This document shows positions 8,141 to 20,880 of a DNA stretch of 22,861 bases, one piece after another; position 1 is the first letter of the stretch, and every line of letters begins with the position of its first letter. The stretch comes from Octopus sinensis (lineage: Eukaryota). Made by a program: the position numbers and the translations under genes. The stretch spans positions 1-22,861 of the forward strand of contig NW_021823639.1 in the NCBI RefSeq assembly GCF_006345805.1, in the 5' to 3' direction. The notes under the pieces were generated by a model. The model searched no databases and was not told the DNA's origin. It was given only the letters and a program-made list of their open reading frames with translations.

Positions 8141-8723
8141 GCAAAGTAAAAATATAAATTATTCAAACCAATTATAACACTACCAAGAACAACAACAGCA
8201 ATAATGATTTTAACAAAATGGTTACACAAGTATATGGATTGAGGACTAAAATAAAATAAGATAAAATGCGATAAAATAAAACGAAGTTGAAGCTGAGACT
8301 ACGAAATGAAGAGACGAAAATTTGAAAATATATATTAAAAAAAAAAAAAAATTGCGGCAAAAAAAATGGAAGTGAAGAACTAAAAGACAGATTAAAGAAA
8401 GATAAGGAACTTGTGTTTTTAATATGTAATGTTTGTACAATTCACTGAAGGATATAAATCAAGCGGTATGTTGTGGTAATATTTGCATAAGGCCAGCTGT
8501 CTTTCGAAACATCTGTTGTTGGTAACACACACAAGGACACACTCACACACACACACTCACATACACACACACACACATACACACACATTTATCCTTATAC
8601 AAACGTGCATGCATATACATATATGTATAATATATATATATATATATTTACGCACATGTATATATATATATATGCATATGTGTGTGTTTGTATGCATGTA
8701 TGTATAGACATACTCAACTATCA

Positions 8724-8771
<48 letters not shown>

Positions 8772-9214
8772 TAGTATGTGTGTGTGTGTGTGTGTGTGTG
8801 TGTACCTATTGCTTTATTTATAAAAACTCAAGCATTTTGAAGAATTCGAATCCTTAATATATATTGTTTGCATGCGTCTGAATGCGCGTATAAGAAATAT
8901 ACATTTGCACACGAACACCTTATTCCAGTCTTGCATTGATTCCACGAAATGAAACATAATTAACATATTGCAGTAAAGACCATGTAAATCTTAGTTGCCT
9001 TTTTTTTCCAGAGGCAGCGTAGTAACACAGACAATACTTATTTAAAACTCAGTATCACAATGCCACAAAATGTCGAGATGCACATCAATTAAAGCAACAA
9101 TTTCGTTACGAATATTATGTCCTTTCCTCACTGAGATTCTCCAAGAGATCGTGCTATGCTCGGCATAACAAAGACTACATCCTTGTTTGCTTTTTCTCTT
9201 TAGAGACAGATAAT

Positions 9215-9365
9215 CTTTTTCTTTTATCTTTCTACCTGTTTCACTCATTACACTTGGCCAAGCTAGGGCATCGCCTTGATGGGCTTAGAGGAACGAATGG
9301 CCCCCAAGTCTTATTTTCGGAGTCTGGTACTTATTCTATCAATCTGTTGTACCGATTCTCAAACA
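9215..9365 (-). mobile_element. SINE family B, diverged 3' part
   Basis: The reverse complement gatagaataagtaccag..aaggcgatgccctagcttggcc..aatgagtgaaacaggtagaaagataaaag matches the family B tail. Confidence 0.65.
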
Positions 9366-9471
9366 CACATCCAAAAACACACGTGCATGTATGTGTGTGT
9401 TTGTGTGTGTGTGCATACATATGATGGATTTCCACTTAAGCTTTCTGCTTGCTTGTCTGTCTCTGTCTGTC

Positions 9472-9515
<44 letters not shown>

Positions 9516-10504
9516 CTTCCTCACTTCTCTCATCACAGTTGTTCAAACTGAAAAATTTAGTAGATGTTTCTATCAGCTCAAGTTGCCATATAGATTGTCC
9601 CTCGTTCGTTCATACGCACGGGGGCCATCTTTTTTTCCGTCTGGCGAACTAAAAACCTCACTATCAGCTCTATCTGTAGTTTGGTACAAGACAAGGGTTG
9701 GAGAGGGGCAATTCTTGCTGCACGCCAGTGCCATTGCTGCGTTTTATGTTAAAACAAATGTTTAAACAAATTATGTGTAAACAATTATCTTTTTTTCTTT
9801 GTCTCTGTGGACGGAAAAAATACTCATATATATTTGTCAGATCACAGAAATATATATGTGTATGTGTGTGAATGTTCGTGTGCGTATGTATACATGTGTC
9901 TTCCTCTACTTCTCCGCTTCTTTCAGTGCTTCTTTGTTTTCTTCATCGATGTTCCCATCACCATCACCATCACCGTCACCGCCACTTCTAATAACTCGCT
10001 ATCTTCAACTCTCTTCAAAATATTTTTTTGCCGTTTCTTTGTTTTAAAACACATCTTCTATCCATCAACTGCACTTATCTTGTTGAATACACGCAATCTG
10101 GTTGTAAACACCCGCAGTGGTCCCCTGGGAGGATTGCTTATTTTTTAACATATTTGAAAGTATTGTGTGTTATTGAGTGGGGTGGAGTAATACGAAGTAA
10201 GGGGTAGAAGGAGATGAAAATCAGTGAGATAGCATTTTTTTGTTTCTTCTCTAAATTTTTCATTTTTTTTCTTGGCGTTCCTGAAGAATGTTGGTTCGAA
10301 TCTGGATGTGTGGTATTTATACTAGTATGTGTAAGTGTTAGTGTGTTAGTGTGTTTGTATGTATGACTATTTGCTATGTGTGTTAATTGTATATGTATCA
10401 TTGCGTAAAAGTGTGAGTATGAGTTTATGCACATGCGTTTGATAAAAAAAAATTATCCGTGTGTTTGTGCACAAAGGTATGTATGTGTGCTTCTAGACCC
10501 ATAG

Positions 10505-10695
10505 CTATCCCGCCACTAACTGACAACTCTCCTATGTTGGTTTGTTTACGTCACTGTAACTCTCTGATTCGGCCAAAGAACCAGACAGAGTAAACACCAG
10601 TATTTAAACAATACTGGGATCAAATTGTTCTCACTAAAATCCTTGAAAGCGACACCGAAGTATGGCTGCTGTCCAATGACTGAAACAAGTAAATT
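10505..10695 (+). mobile_element. SINE family B, diverged 3' half
   Basis: gttggtttgtttacgtcactgtaac..ttcggccaaag..aatgactgaaacaagtaaa. Confidence 0.65.
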
Positions 10696-10849
10696 ATAGA
10701 AAAATAAACGAAAGACTGCAGTAAAGATTTTGTGAAGAAATTTTTTGAAAGAGACAGAAAAAGAAATAACTAAGATAAGAGAAGGAAAGGAAGGAAGAGC
10801 TGAGATTGGGAGAAAGACAATGGGTACGGTCGAAATATGAATCACCCAC

Positions 10850-11255
10850 ATGAAGGCACCTTATATTGGTACCTGCGAGATACAACATGACCAATTCGGA
10901 GTGGGAAAAGCGGAATAGACTTTATCGTGAATACTGTCCAGAACTGCAATCAATATTGCTTCCAGGAAAATACAAGGAATGGCTCTATCAACACGGACTG
11001 CTTCCAAGACTCATATGGTTTAGGCGCCGAGCTGGCAGAATCATTAGCACGCCGGGCGAAATGCTTAGCGGTATTTCGTCTGTTGTTACGTTCTGAGTTC
11101 AAATTCCGTCGATGTCGACTTTGCCTTTCATCCTTTCGGGGTCGATAAATAAAGTACCAGTTTCGGACGGGGTCGATGTAATCGACTTAATCCGTTTGTC
11201 TGTCCTTGTTTGTCTCGTCTATGTTTAGCCCTTGTGGGCAATAATAAAATATATA

Positions 11256-11333
<78 letters not shown>

Positions 11334-12330
11334 AGACTCATATGGTTTATTGATACTATATGAGGTTCCAATGATAAGCGGGAAGGATGAAAGGAATGTA
11401 AACAAATACCTCCAAAGGTGGTTAGGTGTCCCCACTAAGCTTCATTTTAATAGGCTTGTACATAAGACCTGGACAGCTACTTCTCCCTCTGTCGTCCGCA
11501 GCGGAGGAATTCAAAGTCGCAAAATGTAATGTTGTTATCTCGTACAGGAACTCGCAAGATGAGTTTGTCAGACATGCAGGTATTAGAACAAGGTCCAGAG
11601 AAAAGTGGATAGCTAGCACCACAGTCGCACAGACTGAAGACATACTGGAGATACGTGACATCACTGGATTTACATGCAGAGGTCGCTAGGCGGACATCAT
11701 GGAGAGGAGAGTCATGATCCACTCAGAAGTACGGAACCAGGAGGAAGAAAAGATCAAGAGCTATGGAGATGGTATCTCAGGGTGCTTGAACTAAATGGGA
11801 TTTCCCAAAGAAGAAGGTCACATGGACAAACCTGAGGAGACTGGCATCTTTCCGCATCTCCTTCCAGCATCGGGTGGTGTATGACACACTCACAACACCA
11901 ACAAACCTGTACAGATGAGGTTTGAGGGAAGCCCAGCTGTGTAGATTTTGTGAAGAAAAGGACACACTAGCGTATATCTTGTCAGGGTGCAGAATAATGC
12001 ATCCTCAAGAAAGATACAAGTGGCGTTATGTTAGGGTGTTTTCAACACTCGCTCACGCCCTCGAGGAGATTCTAGAAACATCATCATCAGGGGGAAAGAA
12101 CAGCAGCAATTGAGTTCGTGAACGAGGGAGAGAGGCCAGCATGGACATCGAAAAAGAAACATAGCTTGCTACATGGATGCCAATCATGGAACATGGAAGT
12201 GAACCTGGTGGAGAGACTGCAGTTTCTCCAGGTCGGGCATACAATCCTGAAGCCAGAAGTGGTTCTGTGGTCTGAAAAGACCACGAAAATGTTCTTGATT
12301 GAGCTCACAGTTTTGGTAGGCGGAAACTAA
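10850..12330 (+). pseudogene. HERO/NeSL-like (R2 superfamily, RLE) LINE remnant: RT thumb, zinc knuckle, restriction-like endonuclease
   Basis: PGKYKEWLYQHGLLPRLIW; YEVPM..VNKYLQRWLGVP..GLYIRPGQLLLPLSS..EEFKVAKC; CRFC..AYILSGC (CCHC remnant); and LKPEVVLWSEK..LIELTV (PD..ELTVP RLE motif). Frameshifted and interrupted by a SINE. Confidence 0.88.
11023..11332 (+). mobile_element. SINE family C with (TA)n tail, inserted in the HERO-like LINE
   Basis: Exact 17-bp TSD AAGACTCATATGGTTTA at 11006-11022 and 11333-11349. Confidence 0.95.
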
Positions 12331-12333
12331 GAA

Positions 12334-12387
<54 letters not shown>

Positions 12388-12388
<1 letters not shown>

Positions 12389-12690
12389 GCAGTCGTCTCT
12401 GTGTGGTAAGAAGCTTGGTTTCCAACAAAATGATTCCGTGTTCAGTTTGGGCAATAGTTTGAGTTATAGTCTCGGATCGACCAAACCTTGTGAGTGGATT
12501 TGGTACAAGGAAACTGAAAGAAGCCTGTTGGTGTTTACATCCCCATAACATAGCGGTTCGGCAAAAGAGACCGATAGAATAAGTACTAGGTTTACAAAGA
12601 ATAAGTCCTGGGGTCGATCTGTTTGACTAAATCCCTTGAAGGCAATGCTCCAGCTTAGCCACTGACTGTAACAAGGGAAATAATAAAAGA
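12388..12690 (+). mobile_element. SINE family B, head plus tail with the central part missing
   Basis: gtgtggtaagaagcttg..gaccaaaccttgtgagtggatttgg..gaaactgaaagaagcc is joined directly to tgttggtgtttacatcccc..agagaccgatagaataagtac. Confidence 0.85.
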
Positions 12691-12699
12691 ACAAGAGAA

Positions 12700-13540
12700 T
12701 ATATATACAGGGGAAGAGAGAGAGAGAGAGAGAGGTAGAGAGAGAGAGAGAGAGAGAGATACACCCGCCTACGTGTGCCCTCGCTGGTAGGTGCGTGTGA
12801 ATGTACATAACATATACGATATGTGTGTATGTGTATGTGTCTTTGGGCGTGCATGCGTTAGTGTATGTGTGTGTGTGTGCGAGTATGGGTGTGTGCGTGC
12901 GTGCGTACGCGTGTGTATGCGTGCGCAGATTTTCGAGTATGAAAGCCGCCATGAATCTCGAGTGTAAATGTATTTATGTATGCATAATATATATATGTAT
13001 ATATAGATAGATTAGTGTTTGAAAATGAAGGTTGTTTGAAGTATTCCCCCTCTGTGTTTCTAGTCATTATCAGCACCCCAAAAAATAGTTTATCTGATAG
13101 GAATAAACGTTCTTATTTAGTTGATGATAACAGGTTTAATTTACCTACAAAATATACTGAAGGAGATTGGTTTGAAAAAAATATATTATTTTAACTGTAT
13201 GTATGTATATATGTATGTAAAAAAAAAGGCTGCGCGTGTGTACACACACAAACACACACACACAAACACACAAACACGCACAATCATATACATATATGTA
13301 TAAATGCATGTGTTTGTACATATATTATTATATATATGTGTGTATGTGTGTGTGTATGTGTGTGTGTTTTGTGTCTGTGTGTCTGTGTGTTCGTGTGTAT
13401 CTACCTATCCATCTATCTATCTATTTATTCATCTCTCTCTTTTATATACATATACATAGATATATGTATATATATATTAATATATATATATATATATTAA
13501 GCACACACACATAGATATATATATCTATATGTATATATAT

Positions 13541-13579
<39 letters not shown>

Positions 13580-13720
13580 AAAGCACACACACATAGATAT
13601 ATATCTATATGTATATATATATGTCTTTGAGCGGGTGCTTGTAGATACATACGCGTATGTGTGTGTGTATGTATTTATAATTATCATTATCATTAACGTC
13701 ATAAATTTGCATCCCCACAT
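12700..13720. repeat. Compound (GA)n/(GT)n/(CA)n/(TA)n microsatellite block
   Basis: Directly visible. Includes a ~42-bp unit (aagcacacacacatagatatatatctatatgtatatat) present twice, near 13499 and 13581. Confidence 0.9.
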
Positions 13721-14307
13721 CCAACACCATCACCATCACCATCACCACCAACAACAACAACACTATACCCCACCACCACCATCCCACCGCACCATCTTGC
13801 ACTCCATTACCACTCCCTCACCTCCATCACCACTTCCCGTCATCCACCCAAATTTATCCAACTGACTTCAAGATCATCTTTGATAAAGTGTTTTTAAAAC
13901 AAGTGAATTTCTTAAATCTTGCCACTTCCCCGCCCCCCACATATCCCCCCCCCCTCAACCAATCCACTGACAGACGAAGGGATGGGTAACTCCATACCGT
14001 ACACTCACACACGTTTACAAATACCCTTGCACACATCTACTTACACACCTACACACACTCACACAGGAATTTTCATAATTTGTTGCTGTTGTTGTGTTGC
14101 TGTAATTCTTGTTACTGTTTTACTACTCTCTACTACTACTACTACTACTACCACAAATAATGATGATGATGAGATATGATGATGATGATGATAATGATGA
14201 TGATGATACTAATGATAAATAATAATATCATAATAAATAATAATGTAGTAGTAGTAGTAGTAGTAGTAGTGTAGTAGTAGTATAGTATATTAGTAGTATA
14301 GTATAAT

Positions 14308-14348
<41 letters not shown>

Positions 14349-14349
14349 G

Positions 14350-15453
14350 AATGGAGGGTTACCTTAGGAATGAGCAAGTATCTCCACTGTGCTCCTCTGT
14401 AACAGAGTTCATGAAACCACTGCTCATAGCGTGATGGAATGCCCTTGACTTGGCCAAAACCATTAAAAGTTGTGGTGACACGATGACGTAGAGGAAGTGC
14501 TGAATTGAAATCTATGTCAAAGGTGGTTCTAGAGTGAGGCAAGACAAGTTATCAGCAGAAGCTGCCGGGAATGACTAAGTCGGAGACCTGTAAAATCTTG
14601 TGGATTTCCCAGTCCAAACAGATCAGGTACTTGAGCACTAAAAGCTGTGCACAAGGCGCACTATGTGTGTTCTGTAACTGATGCCGTGTTGGTACTTGAT
14701 CCACGGGATCTTTTCGGTTTGAACGGCAGTTTTTAAAAATAATTTCTAGGTAACTATGAAATTTTAAACTTCGTACACTGGTAGAATGTGTTTATAAAAC
14801 ATCTTTTTCTCTTGGCTTTATTGAGAAAATTCTATAGTTTGTAAGTTATTTGTTGTTTTTTTCTTCAATTTCTGCAATTTCAACCAATCAGTGACGTCTA
14901 TTGAGTTAAAAAGACCTCGTTTAAGAAACAGATTGGGTTTATTTACATTTGTGAAGAAAAAAGATACCTTTCCCCCACCCCTAACCCTTACAAACCCTAA
15001 CCCTAAAACAGATTGAAATGCAGTAGATCGATTCTAGGGTCATAATTATGGGTGACAATTTCATATGACACGGCTAGAAAAAACTGCCGTTCAAACCGGA
15101 AAGATCCGATCCACGAATAATCAAGGAGGAAAGCCAAAAACTAGACATATATAATCCCTTTAAATACGAGATAGCCCAACTATGCTAAATGAAGAAGAAA
15201 GTGGTACCAAATTTGGTGACAGTATCAGAAGGCACCAAGAATCAAGAGGAATATAAAGGAAACTGGAATAGAATGTCCAGAAGAACTTTAATAAAAGGTT
15301 TGCTTCCTTGGCACGGTTAGAATAATCATCAAAGTATTATATATTTGAAAAAAACCAGATACTCTGATAACGTAGGCTGCAGGTACAAGCACGCTACGCA
15401 TGCACCTGTCCAGGAGTTCCAACAAAACTTAAGATAAAATAATAATAATAATA

Positions 15454-15509
<56 letters not shown>

Positions 15510-15510
15510 T
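14350..15510 (+). mobile_element. 5'-truncated Dong/R4-like LINE (RLE domain, 3' UTR, (AAT)n tail)
   Basis: SPLC..ETTAHSVMECP (knuckle remnant); CKILW/DFPVQTDQVLEH; LDPRIIKEESQKLDIYNPFKYEIAQL (restored across the MITE TSD); and KVCFLGTVRIIIKVL. (TAA)n lies on both sides (~14312-14349 and ~15440-15508). Confidence 0.8.
14706..15107 (-). mobile_element. Second copy of the TTAGGG-containing MITE (402 bp), opposite orientation
   Basis: 28-bp TIRs starting GGATC. TSD GATCCACG at 14698-14705 and 15108-15115. The internal sequence matches 6484-6909, with a shorter (CCCTAA)n near 14980-15005. Confidence 0.93.
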
Positions 15511-15511
15511 C

Positions 15512-15758
15512 TTGTATTTGGGAATAGTCATTTTGCCAGTTTAGCCAATAAAAACACACGCACTATATATTTGGTGTTAATTTGCTTCAACTTTATTTTT
15601 TACATTAATCTTAATCTTATTTTGGCCAGAGTTCGTTCATCGCACTTCCGTGACCTCACCTGTGGTCCTTTGCTTTCTTCTTTCTTATTTGTGTGTCTCT
15701 CCTTACTAAGGGTCAGCCATTTTGGCTAAACTGGCAAAATGACCATTCCTAAATACAA
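15512..15758. mobile_element. MITE-like element with 37-bp TIRs
   Basis: TTGTATTTGGGAATAGTCATTTTGCCAGTTTAGCCAA (15512-15548) matches the reverse complement of 15722-15758 with 2 mismatches. The TSD is not resolved. Confidence 0.8.
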
Positions 15759-16119
15759 CATCTGTTTCAACACACGATTTCACAACTAATATATAAACGT
15801 AATAATAATATCCTTAAATAACCCTTATTCAGGGACCTTTTGAGCGGGATGTGCCACTCGACCTGAAGAAAATTGGGGCCTCACTGTGCTTTTCCAAGTC
15901 CCTTCTGGCCAAGATTGTTTTAGGCAGCAATGCATTTTGACTAATTATATGGGTAACATGACTCTTATCATGGACTTTTGAAAATATCCACAAATTGGTG
16001 GTTGGTAGGGAAATGCAGTTCTAATTTCATTGCTGTTTCCAACATGGCATTTATGTCACGTGACAAAGACAGCCTTCTATTTTAGTTTTTGTCTTGAATA
16101 GAACATGAATGTACTCTTC

Positions 16120-16282
16120 AGCTCACACACACACATACACACACACCACACACACATACACACACACACTACGACATATAAGCACTCAAATATAAAAAAT
16201 ACATACATATACACTCGCATAAACAAAGACATATATTTACGTATACTACACACGCACACAGTATATATATTATATATATATA

Positions 16283-16341
<59 letters not shown>

Positions 16342-16388
16342 GCGTTTATATATATACATGCACGCATATATGTATGTATCTGTCTGTG

Positions 16389-16435
<47 letters not shown>

Positions 16436-16486
16436 ATATATATATATGCACGCATATATATATATGTTATGTATGTATCTGTCTGG

Positions 16487-16519
<33 letters not shown>

Positions 16520-16930
16520 TGTATATATATATATATATATACACGCATACGTACATATATTAAGTGCATGTACTCATGCATGCATGTAGAATGTGGGGGT
16601 TATATGCATATTTCTAAGCTGTTGATAAACTAATGTGGCTTTTAATTCTTTGATAAATCCTAAGAAGTTGAAAGAATCTCTGTCCCCGAAGGAAGTCTGG
16701 TTGTATTTGGATAGAAACAGCTGTTGATTTGGAAGCAATTATGGTCGAATGGGAGATAGAGACCGACATGTCGAGAGGGAGAAAGAGAGAGAAAGAAAGA
16801 GAGACAGAAAGAAAGACAGGCAGAAAGAGTGTAAAAAAGAAAATGGCTGACATAAAGAGAGAAACATGAAATAATATATTATATATATATGTGTGATTGG
16901 GGTGTGTGGTGGTGTGTGTGTGTGTGTGTG

Positions 16931-16991
<61 letters not shown>

Positions 16992-17062
16992 GTATATATT
17001 ATAATATATTTATATTTATATATATTATATTATATATGTGTGTGTATATATATTTATATATA

Positions 17063-17124
<62 letters not shown>

Positions 17125-18134
17125 GTGATATATATTTATATATATATTATATATGTGTGTGTGTGTGTGTATGTATGTATATATATATATATATATATGC
17201 ATTTAAATATATGTATATATATATATTTATATATATGTGTGTGTCGTGTATATATATATATTATTTATATATATAATATATATAATATGTATGTATGCAT
17301 GTGTGTATAAATGTATGTATGAATGCATGTATGTATGTATGTGTGTATGTGTGTTTAAAGTGGGAGAGAAGGCAAGCGAGAGAGTGGGTCATGCAAGGTC
17401 GTATTATTACATCGTCCGTGACGGTTAAACAAAAATTAATGTGTTAAGCATTACACTATATTTCCTTTTTACTGTTATCGCACCGATCTTTACAGAAACC
17501 CACATCAAGACACACACACGGACACACACACATATTATGTACACTTATACATATACTTATATGTGCGAGTGTACGTGTATGTGCAAGTGTGTTTCCGTGT
17601 ATGTGTTTTCCTTATGTACATGTGTATATCTCTATACGCGTGTAATGTGTGTATCTATGTATCGTTTACACGGTGTGCCGGGCCTGACTAATTCTATGAA
17701 AGAAAGCACTCGATACATTTCTGGACGAGTTTTATTGTCGATATTGAAGAGTTCAAAGTTTCACCGTAACTGTAGATTCATATTTTACGTACTCCGATTA
17801 GCACTTCGCTGCTTTCATCTTTCTCCTCTTTCTGTCTGTCTGTCTGTCTCCCTCAATCTCTCTCTCTCTCTCTCTCATTCTCTCTATATGCGCATATATA
17901 TATTATATATATATATATGTATATATATATACACCTATTTATAGATATATATGATATATATATATATTATATAATATATTTAATATATATATATAATATA
18001 TATGTTGTGTGTGTATATATATATATATAGACATATATATGTTGTGTGTATATATATATTATATATATATATATATATATAATATATGTGTTGTGTGTAT
18101 ATATATATAATATACATATATATTTTGTATATAT

Positions 18135-18169
<35 letters not shown>

Positions 18170-18224
18170 TATGTTTGTGTGTTATATATATATATATTAT
18201 ATTATATATATAACATATATATGT

Positions 18225-18264
<40 letters not shown>

Positions 18265-18269
18265 TATGT

Positions 18270-18301
<32 letters not shown>

Positions 18302-18330
18302 GATATATATATATATATACATACACATAG
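16120..18330. repeat. Extended (TA)n/(GT)n/(CA)n microsatellite field with short unique islands
   Basis: Directly visible. Includes a higher-order repeat (atatgttgtgtgtatatat..) occurring several times at ~17995-18280. Confidence 0.85.
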
Positions 18331-18488
18331 GCGCACGATATGCCGTGTGGTAAGTAGCTTGCTAACCAACCACATGGTTCCGGGTTCAGTTCCACTGTTG
18401 GTAACTTGGCAAGTGTCTTCTACTATACCTTTGGGTCGACCAAAGCCTTGTGAGTGGATTTGGTAGACGGAAACTGAAAGAAGCATGT

Positions 18489-18492
<4 letters not shown>
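18330..18492 (+). mobile_element. SINE family B, 5' half ending in (TA)n
   Basis: tRNA-like head gccgtgtggtaagtagcttgctaaccaaccacatggttccgggttcagttcc, CORE-like ttggcaagtgtctt, then ..gaaactgaaagaagc followed by (TA)n. Confidence 0.88.
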
Positions 18493-18525
<33 letters not shown>

Positions 18526-18722
18526 AATATATATATATATATTACAATATTGCACTGAGTAGCGCAAGAAGATCCGAAAGAAAACCTATTTCTTTCAGTT
18601 ATACCTTCTAGCTCGAGCTTATACACAGATAGAATTTTGAAAAGATCCTTCCCGAGTCATATATATACTCGTAGGTCCATTTTCCTTGTTTCTGGGAGGT
18701 ACGCCAGATTGTCGCTGGATTA

Positions 18723-18866
18723 CGCATTTTTGCCAGCTGAGAGGAATGGAGCAATGTAAAATGAAGTGTTTGGCTCAAGAAAACAACGTGCCATCCGGTT
18801 CAGGAATCGAAGTCAGGAATTTAGGACTATGAGTCCAACAACCTAACTACTAGACTATTCGCCTCC
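18723..18866 (-). mobile_element. SINE family A, 5' half, diverged
   Basis: tttttgccagctgag..aagtgtttggctcaaga..ggaatcgaa..cctaactactag aligns to 488-600. Confidence 0.75.
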
Positions 18867-19829
18867 ATTTAACATATACACACCACTCTTCTGAGTTACA
18901 TTTATTGGTTCCAGTAGATATACTATACTCTTCTATGTTATAGCGTGTGGGACTCGACGACAGGTTTTAATTGAGTGAGTTTTACTTCGTGGAATTAACA
19001 GATATACGACCCTCTTTTTTTGTTATATCTACTGGTTTCGCTAGATAGACGCTACTCCTTAGAATTTTTTACTACAGTAACTAGGAGATAGATATTATTC
19101 TGCGTTAAACTTGGTTCACATTCATACATTATCACCGGATTTTAATTATATACGTGTCAATGTATTTATTTAGATTTTAAAAGATAGGAACATTATCTAT
19201 GATTTAAATTGATCCATTATCTGTTGTGCATCATCGTACAATACTGGTAATTTTGAATGTGGTCACTGCCTTGAAGAGATGTGTTATATAATTACGTCTA
19301 AATTAGCATTATTAAATGGTAAAAGAAATTTTACATTGAAATGTTCTCATAAATATCGAAGAACACGTAAATATTTCAATACTAAATAACTGATAAATTA
19401 TAATGCCTTTCCTATATTCTAATATGCATATTTTTCTCAGATTTTTTGGAGAATTTCTAAGTTTCTAACTGTTCTAACGTAAAATTCCTACGTATATGGT
19501 TATTCTTTCCCTATCCCCTAACGTCATCAATAGTTAAATACTAAAGTGGATTTTCTTAGAATATTATACTTATTCATTCTTAAGGTTCCTTTTATATGCA
19601 TTCGTCGATTAGAGATATTTTCTTAGTTCATTTTGAATTCAATCCAATTTGGATTACCTTGATAACGTTGTGTTTACACACATCTTCGGATATATTCATT
19701 TGAATGGTATTTAATACCTTTTTCTGTATCTAAATATGCTGGCACGCTGGCACAGGAGAAACGATCGTCAGTAATGTATTGCGTAATCAGCAATTAAAGA
19801 TGTGATTTGCTCCATTCTTATTCTTGTCA

Positions 19830-19866
<37 letters not shown>

Positions 19867-20459
19867 CAGCTAGATATATATGCATATATCTATGTATGGA
19901 TACATATACTAAATATATATATATACACATATATATATGTATATATATATATGTATATATATATATATCTATATATATATATATATATAGTATATATATA
20001 TATATATATACTATATATATGTATGTATATACATGCACACACACACATATAACACAGGTAAAGTTATATCAGTACAATCTACGTGGGCCGTTGCTATAAT
20101 GATTTTAATAGGTAAAATACTATTCTGAAGCAGCGTTTCTGATAAAAGACAAGCTTAATGGCTATGTTTTTTCTTATCAAATATCACATATACATACATA
20201 CATATATACATATATATATACGTGTGTGAAAGTGAGTGTTTATGAATGTGTTTATGTGTATTTGTATGTGAATGTTTATTTTTATCTTTGTGTGTATGCG
20301 TCTGCGTATATTGTACTAGATAGCATCAGAGAAGCGAGACGACCAATGCAAAGAGTTGGGGGAATGGAACTAGCTTGATGATATTGTAGAAAGGAGCGTT
20401 AAGGAAGGCAGAGATTAGATATATCTTAGACATCAGCTTAATCTATGACATGTATATTG

Positions 20460-20507
20460 CCAATAATAATAATAATAATAATAATGATAATAATAATAAT
20501 AATAATA

Positions 20508-20561
<54 letters not shown>

Positions 20562-20830
20562 TAATAATAATGATGATGATGATGATAATAAAAATGCCGC
20601 TGACGACTCTACCGCTGAATGCTGCCGCCGCAGCCGCTACGGCTTGTGTTGATTGAAACGATGATGATGATGGTGATGATGATGTTCATGATTACGTCGA
20701 CGCTGATGTCGACAACGATGATGACGATGATGACGATCACGATGGTGGAGACAATTGTGATGTTCATTTTGATTTCGATAATAATGATGATGATGATGAT
20801 GACGATGATGATGACGACGATGATGACGAC

Positions 20831-20876
<46 letters not shown>

Positions 20877-20880
20877 GTAA
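20460..20880. repeat. (AAT)n and (GAT/GAC)n trinucleotide arrays
   Basis: Directly visible. It accounts for the poly-Met and poly-Ile ORFs in the track. Confidence 0.9.

Noticed and set aside
9042-9248. 68-aa minus-strand ORF (MSETGRKIKEKDY...)
   Set aside because: Its start lies in a SINE family B tail. There is no recognisable domain or convincing splice pair.
14359-14373. 15-mer TACCTTAGGAATGAG shared with the hammerhead element linker (4899-4913, minus strand), both following (AAT)n
   Set aside because: A single 15-bp match with no extension is plausible by chance, and it falls inside the Dong-like ORF remnant.
17664-17700. TACACGGTGTGCC resembling a Tc1/mariner TIR start
   Set aside because: No matching second TIR or transposase sequence was found.
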